This document shows positions 1 to 9,420 of a stretch of 40,374 nucleotides of DNA, piece by piece (position 1 is the stretch's first letter; each line of letters begins with the position of its first letter). The stretch comes from Solirubrobacterales bacterium. Lineage in GTDB: Bacteria > Actinomycetota > Thermoleophilia > Solirubrobacterales > 70-9. The notes under the pieces were generated by a model that was given only the letters and a program-made list of their open reading frames with translations, had not been told where the DNA came from and ran no database searches. The translations under genes were made by a program, and so were the position numbers. Where the stretch lies: contig JAUMBO010000101.1 in NCBI GenBank assembly GCA_032119635.1, positions 1 through 40,374 of the forward strand, in the 5' to 3' direction.

Positions 1-1
1 C

Positions 2-220
2 TATGTGATTCCGACCTACATCGTGATGTGTGAGTCGGGCGGCAACTACTCGGCCCTGAATCCGAGCAGTGGTGCCGGTGGGGCCTACCAGATCATTCCT
101 TCAACCTGGGAGGCTTACGGAGGCAAGGGACTCCCGCATCTCGCGCCCAAGGCCGAGCAGGACAGGATCGCCCGCCTGATCTGGGAGAACGACGGCCCCG
201 GAGCCTGGGTCTGCGCCTGA
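2..220 (+). CDS. Transglycosylase-like (Rpf / resuscitation-promoting-factor type) domain protein, C-terminal fragment; the 5' end lies outside the window
   Basis: The frame is open to the window edge. It contains a CESGGN motif (catalytic Glu context), GAYQIIPSTWEAYGG and a C-terminal GPGAWVCA, all typical of the Rpf-type transglycosylase-like domain. Stop TGA at 218-220. Confidence 0.6.
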   Translation, partial: YVIPTYIVMCESGGNYSALNPSSGAGGAYQIIPSTWEAYGGKGLPHLAPKAEQDRIARLIWENDGPGAWVCA

Positions 221-229
221 GCCCGTCGC

Positions 230-667
230 TCAGCCGAAGAGACCGAGCAGGTCGGGACCGGCGAGCAGCTCGAGTCGGGATCCCCGCACGACGGCGAGTC
301 CGCCCTTCCTCATCCGGACCGACCCGCCGGTAAGCCTTCCCACCTCAGCTGAAAAGGTCGGTTCGTGACCGACCAGCAGGACGACCTCACCCGCTGCGGC
401 GAGTCTTTCGGCCCGGAAGCCGCCCTGTCCGAGGCCCGGCTCGACCACCGGCTCCAGCCCGAGCTCCAGGCAGGCCAGCCGGGCAGTCTCGGCAGCCCGC
501 ACTCTGGGGCTGGTCAGGCAGAGGTCGGGGACCAGGTCGAGCCGTCCGAGCGCCCTGCCGGCGGCCTCGGCCTGTCGGACCCCTTTCGGGGTAAGCGGCC
601 GGGCCGCGTCGCCGTTGCCGTCGTCGTCTTCGGCCTGCCCGTGCCTGAGGAAGATGATCGTGGCCAC
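230..667 (-). CDS. sixA: Phosphohistidine phosphatase SixA-like (histidine phosphatase superfamily), about 145 aa
   Basis: The N-terminus (M)ATIIFLRHGQAE carries the RHG catalytic motif, followed by LTPKGVRQA and a LVGHEP second-His motif. I chose the GTG at 667 because it places RHG at residues 8-10 and is preceded by TACGAT-N7. The tracked ORF runs up to 1165, and ATG 781/778 are alternative starts. Confidence 0.75.
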   Translation of the reverse strand: MATIIFLRHGQAEDDDGNGDAARPLTPKGVRQAEAAGRALGRLDLVPDLCLTSPRVRAAETARLACLELGLEPVVEPGLGQGGFRAERLAAAGEVVLLVGHEPTFSAEVGRLTGGSVRMRKGGLAVVRGSRLELLAGPDLLGLFG

Positions 668-674
668 CGGTCGG

Positions 675-680
675 ATCGTA
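675..680 (-). promoter_or_regulatory. Putative -10 hexamer TACGAT, 7 nt upstream of the sixA GTG (leaderless architecture)
   Basis: The minus strand reads TACGAT-ccgaccg-GTG. The same TANNNT-N6/7-start pattern recurs at other operon-first genes in this window. Confidence 0.35.
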
Positions 681-817
681 TAGCCGAAGGGGGGTGCGAC
701 CCGGAACTCTCCCCAAACTCCGAACCGGCGGGCCGGCCACCCGGCCCACCTCCGGATTGCGTCGTCCCCGGTTGCCATCATTGCCGGGTGGCAGGGTCCG
801 AACCCGCAAGATCCCAG

Positions 818-3800
818 GTGGCTCACCTGCATGTGCACAGCGAGCATTCGGTGCTCGACGGCGCCTGCAACATCGGGCAGATGGCAGCCCGTGCCGCCGA
901 CCTCGGGATGCCTGCCCTCGGCCTGACCGATCACGGCGTGATGAACGGCGCGATCGACATGTACTCGGCCTGCCTCGACCAGGGAATCAAGCCGATCCTC
1001 GGGATCGAGGCCTACTTCGTCGACGACCGGAACCTGCTGCCCGACGCCGGGCGATACGAGCGCAACCACCTGACGCTGCTGGCGATCAGCGACACCGGCT
1101 TCCGCAACCTGGTCGCGCTCAGCTCGGATGCCTTCCTCGAAGGTTTCAACCGGGGCAAGGCCCACACCGACCTCGAACTGCTCGAGCGCTACTCGGAAGG
1201 CGTCATCGCCCTGACCGGCTGCCTGCAGTCACGTTTCGTCAGGCGAATCGTCGAGCGGCGTCCCGACGAGGCCCGCGAGCACCTCGACGCATTGATCCAG
1301 GTCTTCGGCCCCGAGCAGGTCTATCTCGAGGTCCAGAAGAACGGGATCGAGGATCAGGACTTCGCCAATGAGGAGATCGCGAGGGTCGCCCGGGAGGTCG
1401 GACGGCCACTCGTCGCGACCGCCGACGTTCATTACCTGAGGCGCGAGGACTTCGACAACCATCGTGCCCTGCTCTGCGTCCAGACGAAATCCACCCTCGA
1501 CGCCCCGAAGATGTCGTTCGACACCAACGAGTACTACCTCAAGGACGCCGACGAGATGGCTGCCGCCTTCGCCGAGTGGCCCGACGCCGTGCCATCGACG
1601 ATCGAGATCGCCGAGCGCTCGCAGATCGAGATCCCACTCGGCCAGATCCTGGTCCCCGATTTCCCGACCCCGGACGGAACGGAACCGGGCGACTTCCTCA
1701 GGGCGACCGCCACCGAGGGGTTGCGCGAGCGCTACGGCGACCCGCCCCCGGCCGAGGCGGTCGAGCGTCTGGAGCGGGAACTCGCCGTGATCGGAGAGAT
1801 GGGGTTCCCCTCCTACTTCCTGATCGTCTGGGACTTCGTCCGTCACGCCCGGGAGCAGGGGATCTCGGTCGGTCCGGGCCGTGGCTCGGCCGCCGGCTCG
1901 ATCGTCTCCTACGCGCTAGGCATCACCGACATCGATCCACTGGAGCACGACCTGCTGTTCGAGCGGTTCCTCAACCCGGGCCGGCGGAGCATGCCCGACA
2001 TCGACATCGACTTCTCGGTTCGCGGCAGGGACGAGGTGATCCGGTACGTGACCGACAAGTACGGCCAGGACTCGGTCGCCCAGATCATCACCTTCAACAC
2101 GATGGCCCCGCGGGCTGCGATCAGGGACGCCGCCCGGGTCCACGGGTTCGACTACCAGTTCGGCGATCAGCTGGCGAAGCGGATACCCGAGCCGGTGATG
2201 GGGCGCTCGCCCAGCTTCGAGGAGGTCCTCGGCCCGGACGGCGACCTGCGCGAGGCCTACGAGGCCGAAGAAGACGCTCGTCGGGTGATCGACACCGCCC
2301 GCGGGCTGGAGGGCAAGATCCGAAACACTTCGATCCACGCCGCTGCGGTTGTGATCTCGGGCCGGCCGCTGAAGGAGATCGTCCCGCTCCAGCTGGTTGA
2401 GGACCGCTCCGCCCAGCCGGCCCGCGACGAGTCCGGAAGGCCGGTCCGTCAGTACAAGACGGTGACCCAGTATCCGATGGGACCGGTCGAGCAGATCGGG
2501 CTCCTGAAGATGGATTTCCTCGGTCTGCGCAACCTCGACGTGATCGACGACGCGCTCGACGTGATCGAGCGCTCCCGGGGGGAACGGATAGAGATCACCG
2601 AGATTCCGCTCGACGACGCGAAGACCTATGAGATGCTCGCCAGGGGCGATTCGACCGGGGTCTTCCAGCTCGAGTCAGATGGCATGCGGGAGGCGATGAA
2701 GAAGGTCGTACCGACGATCTTCGACGACATCATCGCCCTGGTCTCGCTCTACCGGCCGGGGGCGATGTCCGAGATTCCGCGCTACGCGGCCGGCAAGGCC
2801 GATCCGTCGTCCGTGTTCTATGAGGACGAACGGCTGAGGGAGATCACGGAGTCGACCTATGGCTGCCTCGTCTACCAGGAGCAGCTGATGGCGATCGCGG
2901 TCCGGATCGCAGGCTTCGACCCGGCCCGGGCCGATGACCTCCGCAAGGCCATCGGCAAGAAGCTTCGGGACAAGATGAAGGAGCTCAAGGGCGAGTTCAT
3001 GGACGGCGCGGCCGCCTCCGGCACCGAGTCCTCGGTGGCCGAGCGGCTCTGGAAGACGATGGAGAGCGCTGCCGACTACTCCTTCAACAAGTCCCACGCG
3101 GCGAGTTACGCGATGATCGCCTACCGCACCGCGTGGCTGAAGGCGAACTACCCGGCCGAGTTCATGGCCGCCGTGATCTCGTCGGTGATGTCGACCAAGG
3201 ACAAGGTGCCGTTCTTCATCAGCCGGTGTGCCGAGATGGGGATTGCGGTCCTGCCGCCGGACATCAACCAGTCCGACCACGGCTTCGTGGTCACCGACGA
3301 GGGCATCCGTTTCGGGCTCGACGCGGTCAAGAACGTCGGACACTCCGCCGTCGAGGCGATCATCGAGGCCCGCGAGGAGCGGGAGTTCTCCTCGCTCTGG
3401 GACGTCTGCGAGCGGGTCGATGCCCGGGCCGTGAACAAGAAGGCGTTCGAGTGCCTGGTCATGTGCGGCGCGCTCGACTCGCTGCCGGGCTCGCGCAAGG
3501 GGATGCTCGAGGTGCTGCCCGAGGCCCAGGCCTCCGGGAGCCGGGTCCAGGCCGACTCGATCGCCGGGCAGGGCTCCCTGTTCGAGATGGAAGGGGCTGG
3601 CGACGACCTCGGCGGCAGCGCGTCGAACCCCCCGATCCCTGAGGGGGAATTCGACGAGGCCGACCTGCTGGCCCTCGAGAAGGAGACGATGGGCACCTAC
3701 CTTTCGGCTCACCCGCTCGATGGCCTTCGGGAGGCCATCTCGGTCGCGGCCGACTGCCCGATCTCGGAACTCTCCTCGAAAAAGGATGACGAGTGGGTCA

Positions 3801-4321
3801 CGATCGGCGGCCTGGTCACGGAGTACCGCAAGGTCCGGACCCGCGCCGGCAAGCAGATCGCCTTTGCGACGCTGTCCGACGTCGAGTCCGAGATCGAGCT
3901 GCTGATTTTCAACCCTGACGACTCCGGCAAGACGGCGGCGATCCAGCCCGATGCGGTGGTCATGGTCAAGGGCCGGATCGACCACACCGACCGGGGAACG
4001 AAGTTGGTCGTTCAGGGCGCCGATCCCTTCGAGCCCGACCCGGAACAGATCGAGGAGGCGAAGCGCCGGGTTGCCGAGCGGGACCAGCCGCTGTCGCTGA
4101 CGATCGACGAGCATCGCTTCTCGGCCGACGCGCTCGAAGACGTCAAGGCCCTGCTAGAGAACCATCGCGGAAGCACCGACGTCGAGCTTCTTGTGGTCGG
4201 CCCGGACCGCGAGACCAAGCTCCGGCTCGGCCCCGACTTCCGGGTCGCCCGCTCCCAGGTCCTGATGGCTGAGCTGGACGAGATCCTCGGCCCCCAGGCC
4301 AGCTTCAGTCAGGCTGCCTGA
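818..4321 (+). CDS. dnaE: DNA polymerase III alpha subunit DnaE (about 1167 aa)
   Basis: It starts with a PHP domain ((V)AHLHVHSEHSVLDGA) and contains GRGSAAGS, PDIDIDF, polymerase core motifs (HAAAVVIS, FQLES) and a C-terminal OB-fold region. The tracked ORF begins at 365, but 365-817 is antisense to sixA and has no DnaE similarity. The in-frame GTG at 788 is an alternative start. Confidence 0.93.
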   Translation: MAHLHVHSEHSVLDGACNIGQMAARAADLGMPALGLTDHGVMNGAIDMYSACLDQGIKPILGIEAYFVDDRNLLPDAGRYERNHLTLLAISDTGFRNLVALSSDAFLEGFNRGKAHTDLELLERYSEGVIALTGCLQSRFVRRIVERRPDEAREHLDALIQVFGPEQVYLEVQKNGIEDQDFANEEIARVAREVGRPLVATADVHYLRREDFDNHRALLCVQTKSTLDAPKMSFDTNEYYLKDADEMAAAFAEWPDAVPSTIEIAERSQIEIPLGQILVPDFPTPDGTEPGDFLRATATEGLRERYGDPPPAEAVERLERELAVIGEMGFPSYFLIVWDFVRHAREQGISVGPGRGSAAGSIVSYALGITDIDPLEHDLLFERFLNPGRRSMPDIDIDFSVRGRDEVIRYVTDKYGQDSVAQIITFNTMAPRAAIRDAARVHGFDYQFGDQLAKRIPEPVMGRSPSFEEVLGPDGDLREAYEAEEDARRVIDTARGLEGKIRNTSIHAAAVVISGRPLKEIVPLQLVEDRSAQPARDESGRPVRQYKTVTQYPMGPVEQIGLLKMDFLGLRNLDVIDDALDVIERSRGERIEITEIPLDDAKTYEMLARGDSTGVFQLESDGMREAMKKVVPTIFDDIIALVSLYRPGAMSEIPRYAAGKADPSSVFYEDERLREITESTYGCLVYQEQLMAIAVRIAGFDPARADDLRKAIGKKLRDKMKELKGEFMDGAAASGTESSVAERLWKTMESAADYSFNKSHAASYAMIAYRTAWLKANYPAEFMAAVISSVMSTKDKVPFFISRCAEMGIAVLPPDINQSDHGFVVTDEGIRFGLDAVKNVGHSAVEAIIEAREEREFSSLWDVCERVDARAVNKKAFECLVMCGALDSLPGSRKGMLEVLPEAQASGSRVQADSIAGQGSLFEMEGAGDDLGGSASNPPIPEGEFDEADLLALEKETMGTYLSAHPLDGLREAISVAADCPISELSSKKDDEWVTIGGLVTEYRKVRTRAGKQIAFATLSDVESEIELLIFNPDDSGKTAAIQPDAVVMVKGRIDHTDRGTKLVVQGADPFEPDPEQIEEAKRRVAERDQPLSLTIDEHRFSADALEDVKALLENHRGSTDVELLVVGPDRETKLRLGPDFRVARSQVLMAELDEILGPQASFSQAA

Positions 4322-4326
4322 GGCGC

Positions 4327-4341
4327 CCGTCCGGCCGACGG
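4327..4341 (+). terminator. Short GC hairpin 6 nt after the dnaE stop (ccgtc-cggcc-gacgg); no U-tract
   Basis: 5-bp stem CCGTC/GACGG with a 5-nt loop. A near-identical 15-mer follows the ilvC stop at 35509-35523. Confidence 0.25.
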
Positions 4342-4359
4342 CCCGGGTGCCCCGGTTAG

Positions 4360-4365
4360 TACCCT
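4360..4365 (+). promoter_or_regulatory. Putative -10 hexamer TACCCT, 6 nt upstream of the acyl-CoA dehydrogenase ATG
   Basis: TACCCT-gatgtc-ATG(4372). There is no Shine-Dalgarno sequence between them. Confidence 0.35.
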
Positions 4366-4371
4366 GATGTC

Positions 4372-5670
4372 ATGAGCACAGAAACCAGTACCGAGTCCGT
4401 GGAAACCTCCGAGGCAGGAAACGGCGCCGTGCCAGCGGCCAATGGCGACAGCGCGCAGCCGATTTTCTCGATGGAGCTCAATCAGGACCAGAAGGACCTG
4501 CAGGAATGGGCCCATGGGTTTGCCGAGTCCGTCCTCCGGCCAGCCGCACACGAGTGGGACGAGCGGGAGGAGTTCCCCTGGCCGATCGTCGAAGAGGCGG
4601 CCAAGATCGGGCTGTATGGCTTCGAAGGACTGGCGCAGATGTTTGCCGACGAGTCCGGCCTGACCCTGCCGATCGTCAACGAGGAGATCTTCTGGGGCGA
4701 CGCCGGACTTGGCATGTCGATCTTCGGCACGACGCTCGCTGCCGTGGCGATCGTTGGACAGGGAACGCCCGAGCAGATCGGTGAGTGGATCCCGCGGTGC
4801 TTCGGCACGGAGGGCGACATCAAGGTCGCCGCCTTCTGCTCCTCGGAGCCTGACGCTGGCTCCGACGTCTCGGCGGTCCGGACGACCGCCAAGTACGACG
4901 AGGCGACGAACGAGTGGATTCTGAACGGCCAGAAGGCATGGGCGACCAACGGTGGAATCGCCGACGTCCATGTCGTCGTTGCCTCTGTCGACCGTGAGCT
5001 CGGTTCGCGCGGGCATGCCGCCTTCGTGATCCCGATCGAAACCCCCGGGATCGAGCAGGGCGCGAAGGTGAAGAAGCATGGGATCCGCGCTTCGCATACG
5101 GCCGATGTGCACCTCGACGACTGCCGGATTCCGGCGGACAACGTACTCGGAGGCAAGGAGAAGCTCGACGAGCGTCTGGCCAGGGTCCGAGAGGGCAAGA
5201 AGTCGAAGTCCCAGGCCGCGATGGCGACCTTCGAGGCAAGCCGGCCTACGGTCGGGGCTCAGGCGATCGGCATCGCCAGGGCCGCTTACGAATACTCGCT
5301 CGAGTACGCAAAGGAGCGGGTCCAGTTCGGCAAGCCGATCATCGAGAACCAGGCGATCGCCTTCACCCTCGCCAGGATGAAGACCGAGATCGACGCGGCC
5401 CGGCTGCTCGTCTGGCGAGCCTCCTGGATGGGTCGCAACGAGATCCCGTTCGAGAACGCCGAAGGGTCGATGTCGAAGCTGAAGGCCGGAGAGGTCGCGG
5501 TCTGGACGACCGAGCGAGCGATCCAGATCCTCGGGGGCAACGGCTACACCCGGGAGTACCCGGTGGAGCGGATGCACCGGGACGCGAAGATCTACGACAT
5601 CTTCGAGGGCACGGCAGAGATCCAGCAGCTCGTGATCGCCCGGGCGATCTCGGGCCTGAAGATCACCTAG
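4372..5670 (+). CDS. Acyl-CoA dehydrogenase (432 aa) with a ~30-aa Ser/Thr/Glu-rich N-terminal extension
   Basis: Full-length ACAD architecture: [10 protein letters not shown] in the N-terminal domain, [12 protein letters not shown] in the middle domain, and [34 protein letters not shown] in the C-terminal domain. Confidence 0.9.
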   Translation: MSTETSTESVETSEAGNGAVPAANGDSAQPIFSMELNQDQKDLQEWAHGFAESVLRPAAHEWDEREEFPWPIVEEAAKIGLYGFEGLAQMFADESGLTLPIVNEEIFWGDAGLGMSIFGTTLAAVAIVGQGTPEQIGEWIPRCFGTEGDIKVAAFCSSEPDAGSDVSAVRTTAKYDEATNEWILNGQKAWATNGGIADVHVVVASVDRELGSRGHAAFVIPIETPGIEQGAKVKKHGIRASHTADVHLDDCRIPADNVLGGKEKLDERLARVREGKKSKSQAAMATFEASRPTVGAQAIGIARAAYEYSLEYAKERVQFGKPIIENQAIAFTLARMKTEIDAARLLVWRASWMGRNEIPFENAEGSMSKLKAGEVAVWTTERAIQILGGNGYTREYPVERMHRDAKIYDIFEGTAEIQQLVIARAISGLKIT

Positions 5671-5682
5671 CCGAGTCCCGGC

Positions 5683-7053
5683 TCAGTAGCCGACGCCGGT
5701 GTGGGCGGGAGTCTTTCCGTCCGTGCCGCCGTGCTTGCGGAGCTGGGCGATGGAGGCCTCGTAGTCGGCTAGCAGGGCATCGACCAGCTCCCGGGTCTGG
5801 TTGATCTTGACCAGCATCCGGATGATTCGTGTCTCCTCGTTGTCAGGCGGGAGCTGGTAGGCCGGGATCAGCCAGCCGCGCCGTCGGGCAAGCTCCCCGA
5901 CCAGGTCGTTCTCGTCGAAGGGCTCGCCCTCCTGGACTCTGGCGATGGTCAGCGGCAGGGTCGGGCCCTTCGAAGGGACGACTTCGACCCCGTCGAGAGC
6001 CTTCAGCCCGTTGGTCAGGGTCGAGGCGTTCGCGTCCATCGCCCTGACCATGGCTTCGTACCCCGGCCTTCCGAGGTGGAGGAAGTTGAAGTACTGGGCG
6101 AGGACGAATGAGCTGCTGCCGGAGAAGTTGAGGGTGAAGGTCGGATCCTTCTCGCCCAGGTAGTCCTCGTAGAACACGAGGTCTTCCGGGAGCTGCTCAT
6201 CGTCGCGGAAGACCAGCCAGCCGATGCCGGGGTAGACCAGGCCGAACTTGTGGCCCGAGGTATTGACCGACTTGACCGAATCGAGTCGGAAGTCCCAGGT
6301 GAAGTCGGGGTGCGAGAATGGGAATACGAAGCCTCCGCTTGCGGCATCGACGTGCATCGGGACCTCGAGGCCCTTGCCGGCCAGCTCACCGAGCAGCCTG
6401 TCGATGCCTTCGATGTCGTCGCACTCCCCGGTGAAGGTCGTCCCGGCGACGGCCACCACCCCGATCGTGTTCTCGTCGATCTTCCCCTCGAAGTCCTCCG
6501 GCCCGACGACGGTCTGGCCCTTCGGCAGGTTCACCTGTCGCGGCTCGACGTCGAAGTAGCGGCAGAACTTGTCCCAGACCACATGGACGTCGGCGCCATA
6601 GACCAGGTTGGGGGTGTCGGTCGCCTTGCCCTCCTTCTTGCGTCGCCCGCGCCACCGCCACTTCATCGCCAGCGCCCCGAGCATCACCGCTTCGGAGGAT
6701 CCGGCGCAGGCCGCCCCAGGGCAGTCGGGCTCGCCATCCCCGTGGAAGAGCTGGTGGAGCATCCGGACGCACCGCCTCGAGATCTCGGCGGTGCGCGGGT
6801 ACTCGGCGTGATCGATGTAGTTGCGGTAGAGGTTCTCGGCGATCACCGCCCTTGCCTCGGGGGGCATCCACGTGGTGACGAAGGTGGCGAGGTTCTTGGC
6901 CGGGTCTCCGTCCAGGAGGACCTCGGCCTGGATCGCATCGAGGGCCTCCCTCGGCGGAAGGCCCTCGGCCGGAAGCTCGCGATCGCTCGCCGGCTCGGTG
7001 AGGAAGGAGTACATCGAGCCGCGATCGCCACCTCGGTTACCGGCTTCAGACAT
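5683..7053 (-). CDS. gadB: Glutamate decarboxylase, PLP-dependent (456 aa)
   Basis: SGHKFGLVYPGIGWLVFRD (PLP-lysine motif of group II decarboxylases/GAD), NLATFVTTWMPPEA and NYIDHAEYP. GAGGGG Shine-Dalgarno 10 nt upstream of ATG 7053. Confidence 0.88.
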   Translation of the reverse strand: MSEAGNRGGDRGSMYSFLTEPASDRELPAEGLPPREALDAIQAEVLLDGDPAKNLATFVTTWMPPEARAVIAENLYRNYIDHAEYPRTAEISRRCVRMLHQLFHGDGEPDCPGAACAGSSEAVMLGALAMKWRWRGRRKKEGKATDTPNLVYGADVHVVWDKFCRYFDVEPRQVNLPKGQTVVGPEDFEGKIDENTIGVVAVAGTTFTGECDDIEGIDRLLGELAGKGLEVPMHVDAASGGFVFPFSHPDFTWDFRLDSVKSVNTSGHKFGLVYPGIGWLVFRDDEQLPEDLVFYEDYLGEKDPTFTLNFSGSSSFVLAQYFNFLHLGRPGYEAMVRAMDANASTLTNGLKALDGVEVVPSKGPTLPLTIARVQEGEPFDENDLVGELARRRGWLIPAYQLPPDNEETRIIRMLVKINQTRELVDALLADYEASIAQLRKHGGTDGKTPAHTGVGY

Positions 7054-7111
7054 GGTTCGCTATCCCCTCTCGGCCCGTCGGATCACGGGGTGGATTCCCC
7101 GCGCGTCGAGG

Positions 7112-8008
7112 CTAGCGCCCGGCGGGCTTCTTCCGTCGGCCGGTCTTCCGCCTTCGGGCGGTCAGTCCCCGCTTCCTGAGGGCGAAGGCGTGGGCGACTT
7201 CGTCGGCGGTCGGACCCTTCTTGTCGGGACCCGGTGTCTCCAGGGTGGCCGGGAGGCCCTCGAAGCGGGGCTCCGAGAGAAAGCAGGCGATCCCCCGGTC
7301 ACCGATCTCGCCCTCGCCGAGGTCTGCGTGGCGGTCTCGGCGAGAGTCGAAGCCTTCGCGGGAATCGTTGACGTGCAGCGCCCGCAGCCTTCCCTTGCCG
7401 AGCCTGGCCTCGACTTCGTCGATCACGCCGGTCAAGCTCTCCGGAGTCCGGACGTCGTAGCCGGCGGCGAAGAGATGACAGGAGTCGAGGCAGAGGCCGA
7501 GCCGCTTTCCGCCGCCGGCCGCATCGGTGATCGCCTCCACCTCCTCGAGGGTCGTACCGAGGATCCCCTTGTGGCCGGCCATCTGCTCGATCAGCAGCGG
7601 GCAGCGCTCGGAGTCGGACAGGGACTCGGCGATCAGCTTTCCCGAACGGGCGATCGCCGGGTCAAGCGGGGCGTCCTTGCGTGCCCCGGGGTGGAGGACG
7701 ACGCCGTCCGCCCCGATCGCATCGCCGATTCGCAGGGCATGGGTCAGCGAGGCCCGCGACTTGGCTGCCAGCTCCCGGTCCGGGGTCGCGCAATTGATCA
7801 GGTAGACGGCGTGGATGATCACGCTCTCGACCGGCGACTCTGCCATCCGCTCCCGAAAAAGGGCGAAGTCGTCCTCGTCGTAGGCCGTCGCCTTCCACAT
7901 CCTCGGACTCTGGTTGAAGATCTGGATCGACTCGCACCCGAGGTCCGTCCCGCGGGCCACGGCCTTTTCCAGCCCCCCTGCTGTGGAAACATGGGCTCCA
8001 ATGAGCAC
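7112..8008 (-). CDS. nfo: Endonuclease IV (deoxyribonuclease IV, AP endonuclease), about 298 aa, with an Arg/Lys-rich C-terminal tail
   Basis: (M)LIGAHVSTAGGL matches the canonical Nfo N-terminus; also HAVYLINCA, VLHPG and LDSCHLFAAGYD (metal ligands). I prefer the GTG at 8008, with GGAGG 12 nt upstream at 8025-8021. The ATG at 8065 is an alternative start that adds 19 aa. Confidence 0.85.
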   Translation of the reverse strand: MLIGAHVSTAGGLEKAVARGTDLGCESIQIFNQSPRMWKATAYDEDDFALFRERMAESPVESVIIHAVYLINCATPDRELAAKSRASLTHALRIGDAIGADGVVLHPGARKDAPLDPAIARSGKLIAESLSDSERCPLLIEQMAGHKGILGTTLEEVEAITDAAGGGKRLGLCLDSCHLFAAGYDVRTPESLTGVIDEVEARLGKGRLRALHVNDSREGFDSRRDRHADLGEGEIGDRGIACFLSEPRFEGLPATLETPGPDKKGPTADEVAHAFALRKRGLTARRRKTGRRKKPAGR

Positions 8009-9389
8009 GACTGGCAACGACCTCCGAGTCCGATTCGCACCTTCACCCACCGGCGCCTTGCACATCGGCGGGGCGAGGACGGCACTTTACAACTGGCTCG
8101 CGGCGCGAAACTCGGGCGGCACGTTCCTGCTCAGGATCGAGGACACCGATCGCGAGCGCTCGACCCAGGAGAACGTGGATCAGATCCTCGAGGCGCTCGA
8201 GTGGCTCGGGCTCGACTTCGACGAAGGTCCCTTCTTCCAGCACGACTACGAGACCCAGCACAGGGCCGCAGTCGAGAAGCTGCTTGCGGACGGGATCGCC
8301 TACCGCGACTCTGCTACCTCGGAGGAGGTCAGGTCGTGGAAGGACGAACACGGAGCGGATCGCGGCTACCGCGGAACCCCGTCGGAGTCGGACGAGGGTG
8401 CGATCCGGCTCCGGGTCGAAGACGAGGGGGACGAGGTGGTCCACGACCTGATCCGCGGAGAGATCAGGTTCCCGAACCGGAACCTCGACGACTTCGTGAT
8501 CGCCCGGGCCGACGGGTCGCCCCTCTACAACCTGGCGGTCGCGGTCGACGACCACGAGATGGGGGTCGACCTGGTGATTCGCGGGGACGATCACATCTCG
8601 AACACCCAGAAGCAGGTCAAGGTGCTCGAGGCGCTGGGTGCCGGGATCCCTGACTACGCCCATGCTCCCCTGATCCACGGGGCCGACGGCAGGAAGCTCT
8701 CCAAGCGGGAGAACGCGGCATCGGTCCAGGGCCTCCGCGACGCCGGGTACCTGCCCGAAGCCGTGCTCAACTATCTGGCCCTGCTCGGCTGGGGGCCGGA
8801 GGACGACGAGACGGTTATCCCGTTGCCTGAACTGATCGACCGGTTCGACCCGAAGGACATCCGGAAGTCCTCCGCCGTGTTCGATGAGAAGAAGCTCCGC
8901 TGGATGAACGGCAGGTACATGAGGTCGATGGATGCCGACGAGTACCTCGAGGCAGTCGCACGCTACCTCGACCGGGAGCCGGACGAACGACTCGCCCTCG
9001 CCTGCTCGATAGCCCAGGAGAAGGCCCAGACGCTGGACGAGGTCTGGCCGCTGGTCGCCTTCCTGTTCGAACCACCGGTCGACGATCCCAGGGCCTGGCG
9101 CAAAGTGATGAAGGGCGATGCCGCGACAGTCCTGGGAGAGGCTCGGGATGCCCTGGCCGACCTCGAAGGCTTTGGGGTAGAGGACGTCGAGGCGGCACTC
9201 GATCCGTTGCCGGAGAGGCTCGGGATCGGCGCCGGCAAGGTCTACCAGCCGATCAGGGTGGCGATCAGCGGGACCACCGTCTCGCCCGGGATCTTCGAAT
9301 CGGTTTCGGCCCTCGGAAAGGACCGGACCCTGGAACGGATCGATGCGGCCATCGGCAGGATCGGCTCCGGCGAAGGCCAGGAACCCTGA
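8001..9389 (+). CDS. gltX: Glutamyl-tRNA synthetase (462 aa)
   Basis: RVRFAPSPTGALHIGGARTALYNWL (HIGH motif) and a KLSKR (KMSKS-type) motif. The ATG at 8001 is the only plausible in-frame start near the conserved N-terminus. Confidence 0.93.
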   Translation: MSTTGNDLRVRFAPSPTGALHIGGARTALYNWLAARNSGGTFLLRIEDTDRERSTQENVDQILEALEWLGLDFDEGPFFQHDYETQHRAAVEKLLADGIAYRDSATSEEVRSWKDEHGADRGYRGTPSESDEGAIRLRVEDEGDEVVHDLIRGEIRFPNRNLDDFVIARADGSPLYNLAVAVDDHEMGVDLVIRGDDHISNTQKQVKVLEALGAGIPDYAHAPLIHGADGRKLSKRENAASVQGLRDAGYLPEAVLNYLALLGWGPEDDETVIPLPELIDRFDPKDIRKSSAVFDEKKLRWMNGRYMRSMDADEYLEAVARYLDREPDERLALACSIAQEKAQTLDEVWPLVAFLFEPPVDDPRAWRKVMKGDAATVLGEARDALADLEGFGVEDVEAALDPLPERLGIGAGKVYQPIRVAISGTTVSPGIFESVSALGKDRTLERIDAAIGRIGSGEGQEP

Positions 9390-9420
9390 GCGGAAGCCGC
9401 CCTGTTGTAGAAAGACGAAG

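Noticed and set aside
218-232. A mini-hairpin TGAGC-ccgtc-GCTCA formed by the two converging stop codons of the Rpf-like gene and sixA. A similar 5-bp stem lies at 5669-5683 between the acyl-CoA dehydrogenase and gad.
   Set aside because: The stems are only 5 bp with no U-tract, so they are too weak to call bidirectional terminators from sequence alone.
365-817. The 5' extension of the dnaE ORF (151 extra codons), and the matching upstream extension of the sixA ORF (668-1165).
   Set aside because: The extensions overlap each other on opposite strands and have no DnaE or SixA similarity. The conserved N-termini (AHLHVHSEHS for the PHP domain, ATIIFLRHG for the phosphatase) begin right at the internal GTG starts.
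5683-7053. Glutamate decarboxylase as part of an acid-resistance (GadBC-type) system.
   Set aside because: No glutamate/GABA antiporter gene is adjacent; the neighbours are nfo and an acyl-CoA dehydrogenase. From this window alone it is simply a stand-alone GAD, possibly feeding a GABA shunt, and nothing here supports a system-level claim.
6872-8653. A 593-aa plus-strand ORF running through the gad 5' end, all of nfo (antisense) and into gltX (out of frame).
   Set aside because: It has no domain signal and a Pro/Arg/Gly-rich composition. It conflicts with three well-supported genes.
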